Part shown: positions 22,893 through 24,000 of the stretch, piece by piece
Layout: each line of letters starts with the position of its first letter
Numbering within the stretch: position 1 is the first letter of the stretch
Assembly (NCBI GenBank): GCA_043673815.1
Contig: JBIMKD010000272.1
Location: 1 to 24,000, forward strand
Length of the DNA: 24,000 bases
Direction: 5' to 3'
Source: Chromatiales bacterium
Lineage (GTDB): Bacteria; Pseudomonadota; Gammaproteobacteria; JACCXJ01
Position numbers and translations under genes: made by a program
The notes under the pieces: generated by a model
Databases searched by the model: none
What the model saw: only the letters and a program-made list of their open reading frames with translations
Told to the model about the DNA's origin: nothing

Positions 22893-24000
22893 CTGACCAA
22901 GGGTTTTCTGACGCACAAAAACGCTACCTGGAGGGATTCACCAGCGGCATCCAGATTGCTCAGCGGATGCGTGGCCTGCCAGGGGCTGCGGGTGAGAGCG
23001 CCCCTGCCCAGAGGCTGAACGGGGACGCTGCACCCGCCGCCCCCGAGGCGATCCACTTCGAGGCGCAGAACCGCTTTATTGCCGAGGGCAAGAAGCTCGT
23101 CGCCGAGGAGAAGGCCAAGCGCGAGCGCCATCCCCTCGACCGCTGGGACGAGCTCATCAAGCGCGCCGAAGCGGGTGAGTTCCCTAAGGGCACGGACGTC
23201 TTTTGCACCAAGTTCCTTGGGCTCTTCTACGTGGCGCCCGCTCAGGACGCCTATATGTGTCGCCTGCGCCTGCCCAACGGCATCCTAAGCTCTCACCAGT
23301 TTTGCGGCGTCGCGGACCTCGCCGAGCGCTATGGGGGCGGCTACAGTCACGTGACCACGCGGGCGAACCTTCAACTCCGGGAGATCAAGGCGCAGGACGG
23401 GCCGAAGGTGCTCATGGGCCTCCACGAGCTCGGCATCATCAATCGCGGCGCGGGGGCTGACAACATCCGCAACGTCACCGGATCACCGACCGCGGGGATT
23501 GATCCCCAGGAGCTCATCGACACCCGCCCGCTCGCGCGCGAGCTCCATTACTACATCCTCAATCACCGGGAACTCTACGGCCTACCGCGCAAGTTCAATA
23601 TCGCCTTCGATGGCGGCGCCGCCATCAGTGTGCTTGAGGACACCAACGACATCGGCTTTGCGGCGGTGCGTGTGGCCGAGGGTAAAGCGGTGGAGCCCGG
23701 CATCTATTTCCGGCTCCAGCTTGGGGGGATCACCGGGCACGGGGACTTCGCCCGTGACACCGGCATCCTGGTCAAACCCGAGCAGTGCCTTGCGGTGGCA
23801 GCGGCGGTGGTGCGGGTGTTCATCGCACAGGGCGACCGCACGGACCGCACAAAAGCACGGCTCAAGTACGTGCTCGACCGGTGGGGCCTGGAGAAATATC
23901 TCGAGGAGACCGAGAAACACCTCTCCTTCAAGCTCATCCGCTTTCCCCTAGAGGATTGTGAACCGCGCCCGCCAGTCGACCGACTATCCCACATTGGTTT
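22889..24000 (+). CDS. NirA-family ferredoxin-type sulfite/nitrite reductase hemoprotein (5' part; continues beyond the window)
   Basis: Hand translation of frame 2 is open to the window end: [20 protein letters not shown]...[58 protein letters not shown]...[17 protein letters not shown]...[13 protein letters not shown]. These are classical nitrite/sulfite reductase ferredoxin-like half-domain motifs. It is absent from the ORF track because no stop codon falls in the window. Confidence 0.85.
   Translation, partial: MTDQGFSDAQKRYLEGFTSGIQIAQRMRGLPGAAGESAPAQRLNGDAAPAAPEAIHFEAQNRFIAEGKKLVAEEKAKRERHPLDRWDELIKRAEAGEFPKGTDVFCTKFLGLFYVAPAQDAYMCRLRLPNGILSSHQFCGVADLAERYGGGYSHVTTRANLQLREIKAQDGPKVLMGLHELGIINRGAGADNIRNVTGSPTAGIDPQELIDTRPLARELHYYILNHRELYGLPRKFNIAFDGGAAISVLEDTNDIGFAAVRVAEGKAVEPGIYFRLQLGGITGHGDFARDTGILVKPEQCLAVAAAVVRVFIAQGDRTDRTKARLKYVLDRWGLEKYLEETEKHLSFKLIRFPLEDCEPRPPVDRLSHIG

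Noticed and set aside
1-24000. I looked for CRISPR arrays, tRNA/rRNA genes, tandem repeats, retron- or DGR-like repeats and toxin-antitoxin-sized gene pairs.
   Set aside because: None was recognised by eye. There are no regularly spaced direct repeats and no cloverleaf-compatible segments in the intergenic regions. A proper scan (tRNAscan-SE, Infernal/Rfam, a CRISPR finder) is still needed to exclude small RNAs.

Overview
GC-rich proteobacterial chromosomal segment, probably gammaproteobacterial judging by the lptD-surA-pdxA arrangement. All family calls come from motif recognition by eye; no database search was possible.

Gene order, left to right:
- 1-1150: mobile-element debris. This comprises the first 11 codons of an IS200/IS605-like tnpA running off the left edge, an N-terminally truncated IS1380-family transposase, and a solo copy of a short repeat.
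- 1151-3315: a translationally coupled LytS-type kinase and LytTR response regulator.
- 3522-4184: a DUF1399/GRDP-like protein with a Cys-Gly repeat tail.
- 4315-6433: an S9 prolyl-oligopeptidase-family gene broken by a 1-nt frameshift.
- 6536-11254: the conserved envelope operon lptD-surA-pdxA.
- 11608-12474: an FAH-family hydrolase.
- 12481-12992: a degenerate DUF559 endonuclease cassette bracketed by nested inverted repeats.
- 13142-14234: an ArsI/CadI-like thiol-rich VOC enzyme co-transcribed with an ECF sigma factor that carries a Cys/His-rich tail.
- 14421-15791: mpl.
- 16078-16590: a lipoprotein-type truncated haemoglobin.
- 16641-18323: a tetR plus YdjM-like membrane hydrolase pair.
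- 18570-22525: a co-directional cluster of a ParA/MinD-like ATPase, a patatin-like phospholipase and an unusual sigma-54 activator (H-box, REC, PAS, AAA+, HTH).
- 22533-24000: a palindrome, a good -24/-12 promoter, a 40-codon ORF and a NirA-family sulfite/nitrite reductase that runs off the right edge.

No rRNA, tRNA or CRISPR array was seen.

The best candidates for undescribed biology are:
- the ATPase-patatin-sigma-54 activator cluster with its downstream sigma-54 promoter;
- the ArsI/CadI plus Cys-rich ECF sigma module;
- the nested-repeat DUF559 cassette and its repeat family.
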